Below, piece after piece: positions 18,763 to 28,600 of a DNA stretch of 64,000 nt. This DNA is from Nitrospirota bacterium (lineage in GTDB: Bacteria; JACPQY01): assembly GCA_016180645.1 (NCBI GenBank), contig JACPAV010000019.1, forward strand, positions 78,560 to 142,559, written 5' to 3'. A model generated the notes under the pieces. That model saw nothing but the letters and a program-made list of their open reading frames with translations, did no database searches and was not told where the DNA came from. The stretch's first letter is position 1, and each line of letters opens with the position of its first letter. The position numbers and the translations under genes are program-made.

Positions 18763-19845
18763 ATGACTCCCTGGCGGGGCGGACGGCCCCAGGCCATCAT
18801 CCTGGCGGGCGGACAGGGACAGCGTTTCTGGCCCCTCTCGCGTGTGGACCGCCCCAAACAACTTCTCAACATTTTCGGAGGCGTTACCCTCCTCCGCTCG
18901 ACCTACGAACGGCTCAAGTTTATTTTCGGCCCGGAAAATATCTGGCTCGTCACACTCGAACGCTACAAGAATGCGATTCCGGTTCAGCTCCCGGAGGTGC
19001 CGCCCGACCAGATCCTCCTTGAACCCTTCGGACGTAACACGGCGCCGTCCATCGCCCTGGCGGCCCACTTGGTGGAGAAAAAAATCGGACCCACCACGGC
19101 CGCGGTGTTCCCCTGCGACCACATCATCACCGGCCGCGAGCAGTTCAATCTTGCGGTCGAAACATGCCTGAAAGCCCTGGAAACCGAAGATCTCATCGTA
19201 ACGATCGGCGTCAAACCCCGCGGCTTTGAAACCGGTTTCGGATACATCCGCAAGGGCAGGAAATTGGCCACGGTGAACTCAATTCCGCTCTTCCGGGGGG
19301 AACGTTTCGTCGAGAAACCGGACCGCAAGCGCGCCGAGGCCTTCGTCCGATCGAAACAGTACGTCTGGAACGCCGGCATGTTCATCTTCAGAACCCCCAC
19401 CATGCTGGCCGCCTTCAAGAAACACCTGCCCAAACTCTACAAGCTCCTCTCGCCCCTTCCCCATCCGCCGTCCGCCGACCAGATCCGCGCGCTTTATGAA
19501 AAGTGTCCGTCCGATTCCATCGACTACGCCGTGATGGAGAAATCGAAAAACATCGCCGTCTATCCGGGGAATTTCGTGTGGAGCGACGTGGGAAGCTGGA
19601 GCGCCCTGGAAAGATTCTTCGAAAAGGATGCCAGCGGCATCGCGGCCAAAGGGCGCGTCGTCCAAATCCAGAGCAAGGACTGTTTCGTATTCAACACCAC
19701 GCGTCTTGTCGCCCTCGTCGGCGTGGAGAACCTCCACGTGGTGGAAACGGACGACGCCATCCTCATCTGCCGGAGGGATCTCGACCAGAACATCAAACCG
19801 GTGGTGCACGCGTTGAACGACAAGGGATGGAAGGAGTTCGTTTAG
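18763..19845 (+). CDS. manC: Mannose-1-phosphate guanylyltransferase
   Basis: ILAGGQGQRFWPLSR...PKQ, EPFGRNTAP, PCDH, ETGFGYI, FVEKPD, WNAGMF, SIDYAVMEK, WSDVGSW. Confidence 0.93.
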   Translation: MTPWRGGRPQAIILAGGQGQRFWPLSRVDRPKQLLNIFGGVTLLRSTYERLKFIFGPENIWLVTLERYKNAIPVQLPEVPPDQILLEPFGRNTAPSIALAAHLVEKKIGPTTAAVFPCDHIITGREQFNLAVETCLKALETEDLIVTIGVKPRGFETGFGYIRKGRKLATVNSIPLFRGERFVEKPDRKRAEAFVRSKQYVWNAGMFIFRTPTMLAAFKKHLPKLYKLLSPLPHPPSADQIRALYEKCPSDSIDYAVMEKSKNIAVYPGNFVWSDVGSWSALERFFEKDASGIAAKGRVVQIQSKDCFVFNTTRLVALVGVENLHVVETDDAILICRRDLDQNIKPVVHALNDKGWKEFV

Positions 19846-21311
19846 TGGGTGGGGCGGACGTCCAATTCGGAACCGACGGCTGGCGCGGCATCATCGCGGA
19901 CAATTTCACGTTCGAGCGCGTCGACCGCGTCGCCCGCGCGATCACGCGTTTTCTGCTCCAGGAAAAAAAGAGCCGCCCCGCCCCGGTTGGCGGCAGCAAG
20001 CCGGCTGCGGCACGACCGAGCCACCCTGGCGCCGTGGTCATTGGATACGACACGCGCTTCCAGTCCGATCGCTTCGCGGAATGCGCAGCTCAAGCCGCCG
20101 CCGCCACGGGCGCGAAAGTTCTCCTGGCCGACCGTTTTGTCACCACCCCCATGGTCTCCCTCGCCGTCAAGCGCCTCGGCGCGGCTGGCGGTATCGTGGT
20201 CACCGCCAGCCACAACCCACCGATCTACAACGGCCTCAAAGTGAAAGCCTCCTACGGCGGGCCTGCCATCGGCAACATGATCCAGAAAATCGAACTGAAC
20301 TACGCTCGGATGCCCAAGCGCCCCCCCACAAAGCCCGGGGTTGCCCCGATCAAATTGATCGATCTTACTAATGTTTATGCCGATTACCTAAACGAAGTCA
20401 TCCAGTGGGAACCCATCAAGAAGCTCAGCCTGCGCCTAGCCGTGGACTATATGTACGGTGCCGGCCAGCGGTATTTCTCGCGCTTCGTTCAGGGGCATGT
20501 TTCCGAGGTGATCGAACTTAGGGCCGATTGCAACCCGGGGTTCAATGGAGTGGCGCCGGAACCCCTGGAACACAAATTGGAGACCCTCAAGAAGACCGTT
20601 GTGGAGCACCGGCTCGACGCGGGGTTCGCGTTCGATGGCGATGCCGACCGGATTGCCGCGGTGGACGATCTCGGGCGATACGTCGATTCCCATCGCATCT
20701 TCGCCCTGCTCCTCGAATACCTCTGGAACCACAAGAAAATCCGTGGGAAGGTCGGCAAAACCTTTTCTTCCACGTCCATGGTGGACAAGATTGCGAAAAA
20801 ACTGGGGGCAACCGTCAAGGAGACCCCGATCGGGTTCAAACACATCTGCGAACAGATGCTCAAGGACGACGTCTTCATCGGCGGCGAGGAAAGCGGCGGC
20901 GTGGGCATGAAGCACCACATGATGGAACGCGACGGCTTCTTCTGCGCTCTCCTCCTCCTGGAGTACAGCGCCATCTCGGGGCGGAAACTGAGTCAGCTGG
21001 TGGACGACCTCCATAACCGCTTCGGGCCGCATCACTTCACCCGGGAAGACGTCCATTGGCAGAAGCTCACCGTCCCCCGCGAACGGCTCTACGCCTCGCT
21101 CAAGAAGAAGCTGGGCACCCAGATTGCAGGCCGAAAGATCGAGCGCATGGACGACATGGACGGCCTGAAGGTCTTTTTCGACAACGGCGATTGGCTCTTG
21201 TTTCGCTTTAGCGGTACCGAGCCAACCCTACGAATATACGCTGAAATGTCACAGCCTTCTCAGCTCACAGAGTCGATCGCCCAGGCGAAGGTAATCGTCG
21301 CCAAGCTCTAG
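19845..21311 (+). CDS. Phosphoglucomutase/phosphomannomutase
   Basis: FGTDGWRG, TASHNP, FDGDADR, GGEESGG, RFSGTEP; GTG 19845. Confidence 0.93.
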   Translation: MGGADVQFGTDGWRGIIADNFTFERVDRVARAITRFLLQEKKSRPAPVGGSKPAAARPSHPGAVVIGYDTRFQSDRFAECAAQAAAATGAKVLLADRFVTTPMVSLAVKRLGAAGGIVVTASHNPPIYNGLKVKASYGGPAIGNMIQKIELNYARMPKRPPTKPGVAPIKLIDLTNVYADYLNEVIQWEPIKKLSLRLAVDYMYGAGQRYFSRFVQGHVSEVIELRADCNPGFNGVAPEPLEHKLETLKKTVVEHRLDAGFAFDGDADRIAAVDDLGRYVDSHRIFALLLEYLWNHKKIRGKVGKTFSSTSMVDKIAKKLGATVKETPIGFKHICEQMLKDDVFIGGEESGGVGMKHHMMERDGFFCALLLLEYSAISGRKLSQLVDDLHNRFGPHHFTREDVHWQKLTVPRERLYASLKKKLGTQIAGRKIERMDDMDGLKVFFDNGDWLLFRFSGTEPTLRIYAEMSQPSQLTESIAQAKVIVAKL

Positions 21312-21368
21312 TCCTCCGCCGCCGGCCCCGCCCTTTTCAAGCCCCCCAAAACGGCGTACCATATACCC

Positions 21369-21956
21369 ATGGCATTCCATCTCGCCGACGTGAATGACCT
21401 GCGCTTGGTTCTTCCCCGAATGGCCGCCCCCGTCAGCCAGGCCGTCGAGATGCCCATCCGGGCCGTTGCGGGCGTAAAGAACTCCTCCCCACAGTCTTCC
21501 GCGCCACGGCTGGAGACAGGTGAAGCCGCCGACAAGCCCCGGCGCCCCGTACGCGTGGGGCTCAGGTCCATTTTTGACATGCTGGCTCAGGACGAACTCC
21601 ACGATCTTATCAACATCGCGAACGCCCAGTTCCGGAACGGCAACCTCGCCTCCGCGGCCAACATGATTCGCCGTGCCCACCGGTTGGTGAACCGCCCACC
21701 GGAAGACCAGGAGGAGAGCATCCAAGGACTTCCATCCCCCTATGAGGATGAAGAGGATGCCCAGTCCGCACCGGAGTCGTCCTATCTCACCCGCGAAGGC
21801 GCGAATGCCACCGTGCACAGCCGGCTGCAAACCGCCGCCCCGTTCGACTTCCCCGAATTCGACGACGCCGCCAAGGCCACCCTATGGCGCTCCACGCAGG
21901 AGTTCATGACCGTCCAGCCCCCTTCGGCCGGCATACAAGTCAGCCTCTACATCTGA
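21369..21956 (+). CDS. Hypothetical protein
   Basis: 195-aa ORF co-directional with neighbours and filling the gap; no motif recognised. Confidence 0.6.
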   Translation: MAFHLADVNDLRLVLPRMAAPVSQAVEMPIRAVAGVKNSSPQSSAPRLETGEAADKPRRPVRVGLRSIFDMLAQDELHDLINIANAQFRNGNLASAANMIRRAHRLVNRPPEDQEESIQGLPSPYEDEEDAQSAPESSYLTREGANATVHSRLQTAAPFDFPEFDDAAKATLWRSTQEFMTVQPPSAGIQVSLYI

Positions 21957-21998
21957 TCCCGCCTCTCGCCTTGCGCCCTGCGCCATGACATCGGATCG

Positions 21999-22745
21999 AT
22001 GAGACCCACCACCATCGGCTTGGATTTCGTCGAGACTCTCTATTCCGTGGACACTCAAAATCTGCCTGAAGTCGAATTCGGCGGACGTCCCTTCAGGAGC
22101 ACCATACCCCTGACGTTCGAGTTGGTGAGGGCTCAGGCCCGCGATCTCACCCTGGATCGTTACTGCCAGGCCGTGTTCGAGGCGTACCGGGATGCCGAAG
22201 TGGAACGCGAGGCGACCTCCAGGGAGATTTTATCCGACGACATCTACAGAAAGATCGTGCGCTCCGTCCTCCCGGCGGGAACGGCCGAGGATCTTGCCTT
22301 GGAGGTCGGCCGGCTCCATAGAACCCATCTCGCCACAGCACTGGTCCTCCCCCGGGAGCACGTGGCCATGCTGAAACAGCTCCGGGAAAGATTCGCCCTT
22401 GGGGTCATCTCGAACTTCGACTCAACCTCAGTAGTGGAAACGGTGCTTCGGCGGGACGGGATCGCCGACCTCTTTGCGGCCGTCGTCATCTCGGCGGAAG
22501 TCGGCTGGCGCAAGCCCCACGCCAGGATATTCCAAACTTTCACCGATCGGCTCGGTGTCGAGCCGTCGGAAGTGCTTTTTGTCGGCGATCACTACCGATA
22601 CGACGTCGTCGGCGCCCGGAAGGCCGGAATGCAGGCGGTATGGCTCGGCAAGAGCGGCGACCACGGCATGCCCCCGGAATCGGACCGTGCATCCACTCTG
22701 GCTGCGCTCACTGAATTGCCCGCCTACATCGACTCGCTCTCGTAA
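21999..22745 (+). CDS. HAD-family hydrolase
   Basis: LDFVETL, GVISNFD, SAEVGWRKP, FVGDHYRYDVVGARKAGM. Confidence 0.88.
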   Translation: MRPTTIGLDFVETLYSVDTQNLPEVEFGGRPFRSTIPLTFELVRAQARDLTLDRYCQAVFEAYRDAEVEREATSREILSDDIYRKIVRSVLPAGTAEDLALEVGRLHRTHLATALVLPREHVAMLKQLRERFALGVISNFDSTSVVETVLRRDGIADLFAAVVISAEVGWRKPHARIFQTFTDRLGVEPSEVLFVGDHYRYDVVGARKAGMQAVWLGKSGDHGMPPESDRASTLAALTELPAYIDSLS

Positions 22746-22772
22746 TCCATGGACAATTTCATAGGAGGCCCC

Positions 22773-23288
22773 ATGAAACATCTTGTTCGCAACATCCTTG
22801 TCGCCCTGCTCCTCGCAACCCCCGCGTGTTCCCGAGGCTCCCGCAGACTTCCGGCATCACACGAAGCCCTTCAGGGCCAGATCCAGGAACTATGCACCGC
22901 CGCCCTGGAGCACCTCGACCGGAATCGCATGCCCATGCAGAAGTATCTTTCCCCGCTTGACCAAGGCGTGAATTACGTGCTCATCCACAAGGGTGAATTG
23001 TCACTGGATGAAGGAACGGTGGAAGACCTCCTCGACCTCCGCGTTTCGGTGGAGAAAGACGTCAACAAGATAGAAGCCAAGATCAAGACCCTGTCCGCGC
23101 AAATTCGTGCCGCCATCGAAGTGGACGGCCTGGCGGACGCCGACATCGAGGACCCCCTCCAGCAGATCGGCGAGCTTCAGGCCGAAATCGAACACCTCAA
23201 GGCGAAAGGACTCGCCAAGGCCATGAAAGAGTTATCCGACGGTCAACAAAAAGACCTCGGGAAAATACTTCTGGAAGAATTGGGCTGA
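22773..23288 (+). CDS. Putative helical lipoprotein (Spy/CpxP-like C-terminal pattern)
   Basis: RBS AGGAGG; lipobox-like LLLATPAC; coiled-coil helices; LSDGQQ resembles LTxEQ. Confidence 0.55.
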   Translation: MKHLVRNILVALLLATPACSRGSRRLPASHEALQGQIQELCTAALEHLDRNRMPMQKYLSPLDQGVNYVLIHKGELSLDEGTVEDLLDLRVSVEKDVNKIEAKIKTLSAQIRAAIEVDGLADADIEDPLQQIGELQAEIEHLKAKGLAKAMKELSDGQQKDLGKILLEELG

Positions 23289-23291
23289 GCA

Positions 23292-23348
23292 GGATAAACG
23301 GTGACAGTATACTCTATTGGAATAATAGTATACTGTCACCGTTTATCC
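23292..23348. repeat. AT-rich palindromic element between convergent genes (possible bidirectional terminator)
   Basis: 22-bp perfect arms GGATAAACGGTGACAGTATACT / AGTATACTGTCACCGTTTATCC; related copy at 42017-42072. Confidence 0.85.
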
Positions 23349-23435
23349 AACCTGCGCGCGGGACGAACGGTTGAGTCTTCCGAATCCCTGCGACGACGAA
23401 GGTGATACGATCAGCCTGTCGCCCAGCACCGCATG

Positions 23436-25547
23436 TCAATGACAGTGTCGGGCAAGATCCGTGAAACGATATTCTTGGCAAAGTCTGCGGAAAGCGTCCA
23501 ACGCATCGGGATCATGTCCCAAATCGATTGCTCTACGATACGCCGAAATGGCCTCGCCGATATTGCCTTCAACTTGTGAAATCGCACCATACACCTTCCA
23601 CGCTTGCGGACTGCTACTGTCGATATCCTTCGCTTTTCGAATATGTTTATTTGCGGTAGCCAGATCCTGCCTCTCGAACGCATTGATGGCTAGGTTGAGG
23701 TGTGCGGATGCATTCCGAGGATCGATGTCGATCGCCTTGAAATACATTTCACGGGCCTCCGCGTGCAGACCCTCCTCGGAGAATGTGTTCCCGAGCCCCA
23801 CGTAAGCATCACTGTAGTGAGGATCGCGATCAATGGCCATCTTGAAGTACCTTGCCGACTCTTCCAATTCTCGCGCCTTGCGCGCAATTACCCCCAGTTC
23901 GTACGGAACCCTAGGATCGAGCGGCGAACTCGCAAGGAGCGTCTCAAAAAGGTCCCGAGCTTGATCGAGCCTGCCGAGCTGACTCCAGCAGAGCGCTCTG
24001 AGGAAGGACACCTCCAGATTGACCCGATCTCCAATCTCTTGGAGGAGATCTAGCATGTCCGCACACTTACTCTGCCTGAAAAGGCCGATCGCCTTGTTTA
24101 GAAGTGCCGGATTTCTAACGTCATCGTTCTTGGGTATCTGCGGAGGTAACAAGAACCCGATCAATAGCACGCCGACGGAGGCTGCAAGACCGAGAAACCG
24201 TCCCAAGCAGCGCCCAATGAATGCGGTCGCGGGAGCGCGAATGGCTGCCGATGCCCACGCGATTAGGGCATCGGTCCCCACTCCCGCGAGGACACCTAGC
24301 CATGGCACAAGCCAGACTCGAAATCGGGTGCTGACGAAGAAGACTAGTATGCTCAAGGCCAATGATCCGGCGCACATTTTAGCCAGCCCAGGAACTGTGC
24401 TGGACAAGACGCCAACCAGAGCCAAGGCACATAGGAGCGCGAATGGGATCAATTGATCGCCAGCCTTCTGCGGGCCAAGCGCACGAACCCTTTCCCAGTC
24501 GATATGTTCCGAGGCTTCCTCATTGGCAACAAGAAACCGGACCTTTCTCACTTGTAATGTGAGGAAGCGGAGCGGCATTTTGCGCATGAATTCGACAACT
24601 TTCCCTGTCCAGAAAGCGGATTGCACACCCGGACTTACGGGAGACCCCGATTCTCTTTCCACGATGACCTGTGAAGTTCTTGCAAGGTCCAGCGGTCCCC
24701 CGAAAAAGTGTTGCGGCAATGTGAACAGCCCCGTTGCCTCCGGATTGTTGCCAAAATATAGATTCAGCCCAGAGTGTGACGATAATGGAATCAATTCCCC
24801 ATGCACGGCAAAATTCCGGACAGTGAAAGGGAGAATAAACAGCCAGAGCCCCGCCGCAAACGACAGTGCCCTCCCCCACCGAGATCTCCTTACGGTTACG
24901 AGGTGAAAGACAACAAGAATGGTTCCGACCAAGAGCCAGTGGGGCCGAAACAGACAGGCAAGAGAAATTGAGGCCCCGTGCAAGAAGTACCACAATCTGC
25001 TCGCTTTCCTGTGAAGCATGACTATTGTGAACAAGATGGCAGCGGAGAGGGGTGATGCAAGTGCTTCACCCAAGTAGAAGTTCTCGTGGCTCATGAGTAG
25101 GGGAGAAACCGAGAGTATGATCCCTGTTATCAGCCCCGCCCGGTTACCGCCAAGGGACGCCACCAAGGATGCGATCACGGCCGCTCCACTGGCCCCAAGA
25201 ACTATCTGGACATGCCTCAGAGATCCTAGGAAGTCGTCGCCAAAAGCGTACAAGACGCTTAGCAGGTAGGGGTATCCAGGCGTGAAGTATATCGCGGTAT
25301 CTTTGAGAAGGACGTCTCCCGCCGAGATGCGCTTGGCTATTGCGAAATAGGCGGCTGCATCAGGCATGCCGGCGAGATCTATCGAAGCAAGCGCAATCGA
25401 GGCCCAAACACGAAACGAAAGGGCCAAGCAGAATACAACCAGAGGCAGCAATATTCTCTGCGAGCGGAAGTGAGACACGCAGTTCACTCTGTCGATGGAT
25501 TTGCGACCCGAACGACTAGGCGCGTATGGGGATCGCGCTCCCATCAA
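23436..25547 (-). CDS. GT-C-type membrane glycosyltransferase (ArnT/PMT-like) fused to C-terminal TPRs
   Basis: First TM then PDAAAY; PGYPYLLS; many TM helices; LFRP; PFTVRN...SGLNLYFGNNPEATG; TRFRV; about 5-6 TPRs (AYVGLGNTF, AHLNLA). Start uncertain. Confidence 0.8.
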   Translation of the reverse strand: MMGARSPYAPSRSGRKSIDRVNCVSHFRSQRILLPLVVFCLALSFRVWASIALASIDLAGMPDAAAYFAIAKRISAGDVLLKDTAIYFTPGYPYLLSVLYAFGDDFLGSLRHVQIVLGASGAAVIASLVASLGGNRAGLITGIILSVSPLLMSHENFYLGEALASPLSAAILFTIVMLHRKASRLWYFLHGASISLACLFRPHWLLVGTILVVFHLVTVRRSRWGRALSFAAGLWLFILPFTVRNFAVHGELIPLSSHSGLNLYFGNNPEATGLFTLPQHFFGGPLDLARTSQVIVERESGSPVSPGVQSAFWTGKVVEFMRKMPLRFLTLQVRKVRFLVANEEASEHIDWERVRALGPQKAGDQLIPFALLCALALVGVLSSTVPGLAKMCAGSLALSILVFFVSTRFRVWLVPWLGVLAGVGTDALIAWASAAIRAPATAFIGRCLGRFLGLAASVGVLLIGFLLPPQIPKNDDVRNPALLNKAIGLFRQSKCADMLDLLQEIGDRVNLEVSFLRALCWSQLGRLDQARDLFETLLASSPLDPRVPYELGVIARKARELEESARYFKMAIDRDPHYSDAYVGLGNTFSEEGLHAEAREMYFKAIDIDPRNASAHLNLAINAFERQDLATANKHIRKAKDIDSSSPQAWKVYGAISQVEGNIGEAISAYRRAIDLGHDPDALDAFRRLCQEYRFTDLARHCH

Positions 25548-25631
25548 TCTTCATGCCAGCAAGCCACTCCACTCATTTGCACACACAGGGCGATTTCTTA
25601 TGTCCAACGCCCCCCAAGACCGCGCAAGACG

Positions 25632-28600
25632 TTACTTGAACAGGCATGTCAGGCGGTAAATATCACTGTCCGAAGGGCCGGCAGGGGGGTCATCCCAGTG
25701 GGTAAACACGACGCCGAGGGCATCGCCGGAGATGTCAGGATCCGCGTCATGGAATTCTGTTGACACCAAGAGCAAGCTGCCATCCGTACGCGCGACACAC
25801 AAGCGGTCGCCGGCCCCGCAGGCGAAGATCGCGTTGCTCCCGTCAAGACTCAATCTTATGTGGAAACCAGTATCATTTCCGGAAATGTGAGTCAGTCCTG
25901 TGCCATCAGCTTTGACAACGTATCCGCCCCCAACATTCGCACCGTTCCGTGTGAAGGCAATCAGCAAACCGTCACCCGAGATGTCAGACACCAGATCCAC
26001 CTCAGGGAAACCCAACCCTCCTCTGTCCGTGAGTTGAGTCGGGCTACCTCCACTGGACGAAACGACATACACGTCCCCTCCCGAATCAAAGGCAACAAAC
26101 CTTCCGTCATCGGAAATGACCGGTCTGCGCGCATCAGCCAACTGTGAAGTCAGTTGAGTCTCGCCGGCACCCTCTCGGAAGAGGAACACCTGCCACATCC
26201 CCATCCGCGAGGAAGAGTAAACGATCCTAGACCCGTCTCCCGCGATAGATGGTGGATCCCAGTGCGAGCCGCTTCCATTCGGCGTAATCTGTACGAGGTT
26301 GGCCCCGTTTGAATCGATTGCAAACACATGGACCTCAGTTCCCACCTGTCCAAGAAAGGCCACTCGTCTCCCATCTCCAGAGATAGCGGGAGCAAACTCA
26401 GACAATGGTGTAGCTGCCAAGGCAACCTGGTTTGATCCGTCGAAATCCATGAGAAAAATGTCCTGTGATCCCTGCCGTGTTGACACGAATGCTATCTTGG
26501 CCCCGTCATTTGAAATGGATGCTGAACCATCTGACGCGGGATCAAACGTGAGCCTCGTTCTTCCCGTGCATCCATTGACCGACCAAGCACAAGTGGCAGG
26601 CGTGTGGTCGGTATTGCCCCCAGGGTCCATGGCTCGCACGCTGAACAAGTGGGTTCCGATTGAAAGGGAGATGAACGTTTGAGGGGAAAAACACAGATAG
26701 AACCCCGAGCCGTCCAGTTCACACTCGAAGCTCGACCCCAGTTCCGTCGACAGAAAGTTGAAACTCTGTGAGGGTTGGTCCGTCGAGCTTGTTGGACAAT
26801 CAAGAATGCTCGTCTCCGGGGGAACGGTATCGACCGTCCACGTACACGTCGCGGGCGTCGTATCTACATTGCCAGCCGCATCAACCGCTTGAACCCTAAA
26901 GGCATGACTTCCGTCCGACAAAGAAGAAAATGTCTGTGGGGTCGTACACCCCGAATACCCGAGCCCATCCCATTCGCATCCGAAACCGGAATCGGGTTCC
27001 GTGGAAGCAAAGTCAAAAGTGGCGCTCGTCTGGTTCGTCACACTTGCAGGACATGCCGCGATGCTTGTCTCCGGGGGAACGGTATCGACCGTCCACGTGC
27101 ACGTAGCTGGCGTCGGGTCGATGTTGCCTGCGCTGTCAACCGCACGGACTCGGAACACGTGCGAGCCATCGGAGAGACCGAAAAAGTTCTGTGGGGAAAA
27201 ACAGGCAACAAATCCTCCGGAATCCAGTGCGCATCGAAATGAGGAGCCAATCTCCGTGGAAGAAAAGGCAAAGCTTGCACTCGTCTGGTTTGTGAGGAAA
27301 GGCGGGCATGCTGAGATGGTTGTCTCCGGAGGGGCCGTGTCCGGGCTGACCACGCTGACTGGAACAGGCAAGCTGGTCACCGAATCGGCCGATGCGGTGA
27401 CGAACGTGGTTCCCGGTGACAACGCGGTGAGGACAGCCGTACCCTGCTGGACCGTGGCGACAGAGGGGTTGGTAGAGGAAAACGTGACCTGATCCGCGCA
27501 TGGGAAGGTCTGGCCGAGGCTGTTGGTGCAGGCGACTCCGAGCTGGATCTGCTGGCCCACTTGGAGGCTGAACCCGGTCGGCGGCGCGAAAATCTGCACG
27601 GCCACAATCGTGGGCGGCGGAGGCGGCGGCGGGGCGATGATGACGTTGGCGCTACCCAAGTTCCAGAAGTAGTCAAAGCCAAAACCGCGTTCGTCGGCCG
27701 AGAGGATGTTCTCGATGAAGGCATCGACGACGGTTCCGGCGGGCAGATTGAAGTACACGAAGCGCTGAAATCCGTTGAGATCGAGGGGCACATAAAGGGT
27801 GCCATTTGCAATGGTATCTCCGAAAGGGATCGAGAGGAGTGCTGCGCTGAAATTCGTCACGCCATCCACACCTGGGACGGGGGTATTGTCGGCGAACACA
27901 AATCCGGGCTCACCGCCTAGTGATGGAATGAGGAACACTGTTGCCGGTCCCGGTACTATGGGAGGCCCGAGGACATAGGGGACGCCAGACAAGGATAGCG
28001 GTGTCAAGGAAGATACATATCCGCCAGTAGCGACATCGAAATCGAGAAATCCCGGAAACGTGAATCCGGCGACCCCGGAGATCGGCGAGCTTGTGACCGT
28101 CACTTGCACGAAATCGCTCGTGGCACCCTCTACGGAACCGGAAACCAACGCCACCCCAGGGGTGAGGGCTTGAAGCGTGGCCGTCCCGTTTGCAACCGCC
28201 ACTTGGGCCACGGCGGGATCGGTCGTCACCCAGTCGACCCGACCCGTGCAGTCGGCTGAACTCGCATCGGAGAGGCTGCACCCCGCTTCCAGGCTGAGAG
28301 ACCCCCCTACCGTCAGAGTGACGGCCGGGTCGGCGCCCGAAATGTGAACGCCAGTGATAAACGGGGTCGAGGCGACCACGTAGAATTCAAAGGAGTTGCT
28401 GATGACGTCACTCAAAGAAGCATGGATGGAAACCGTTCCAAAGCTCGATGCATGAAACACCCCACCGCCGAGGGAAGCGGCAACGGTGGTGTTCTCCGAT
28501 TGCCACTGCACGCGGCTCGTGCAATCCGTCGAGTCGCCAAACGCAAAATTGCAGAACGCCGCAAATCGGATGTCCTCTCCCGGACGCAGGACAACGCTGG

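Noticed and set aside
26577-27341. 255-bp repeats as DGR template/variable regions
   Set aside because: In-frame tandem domain repeats with differences at all bases.
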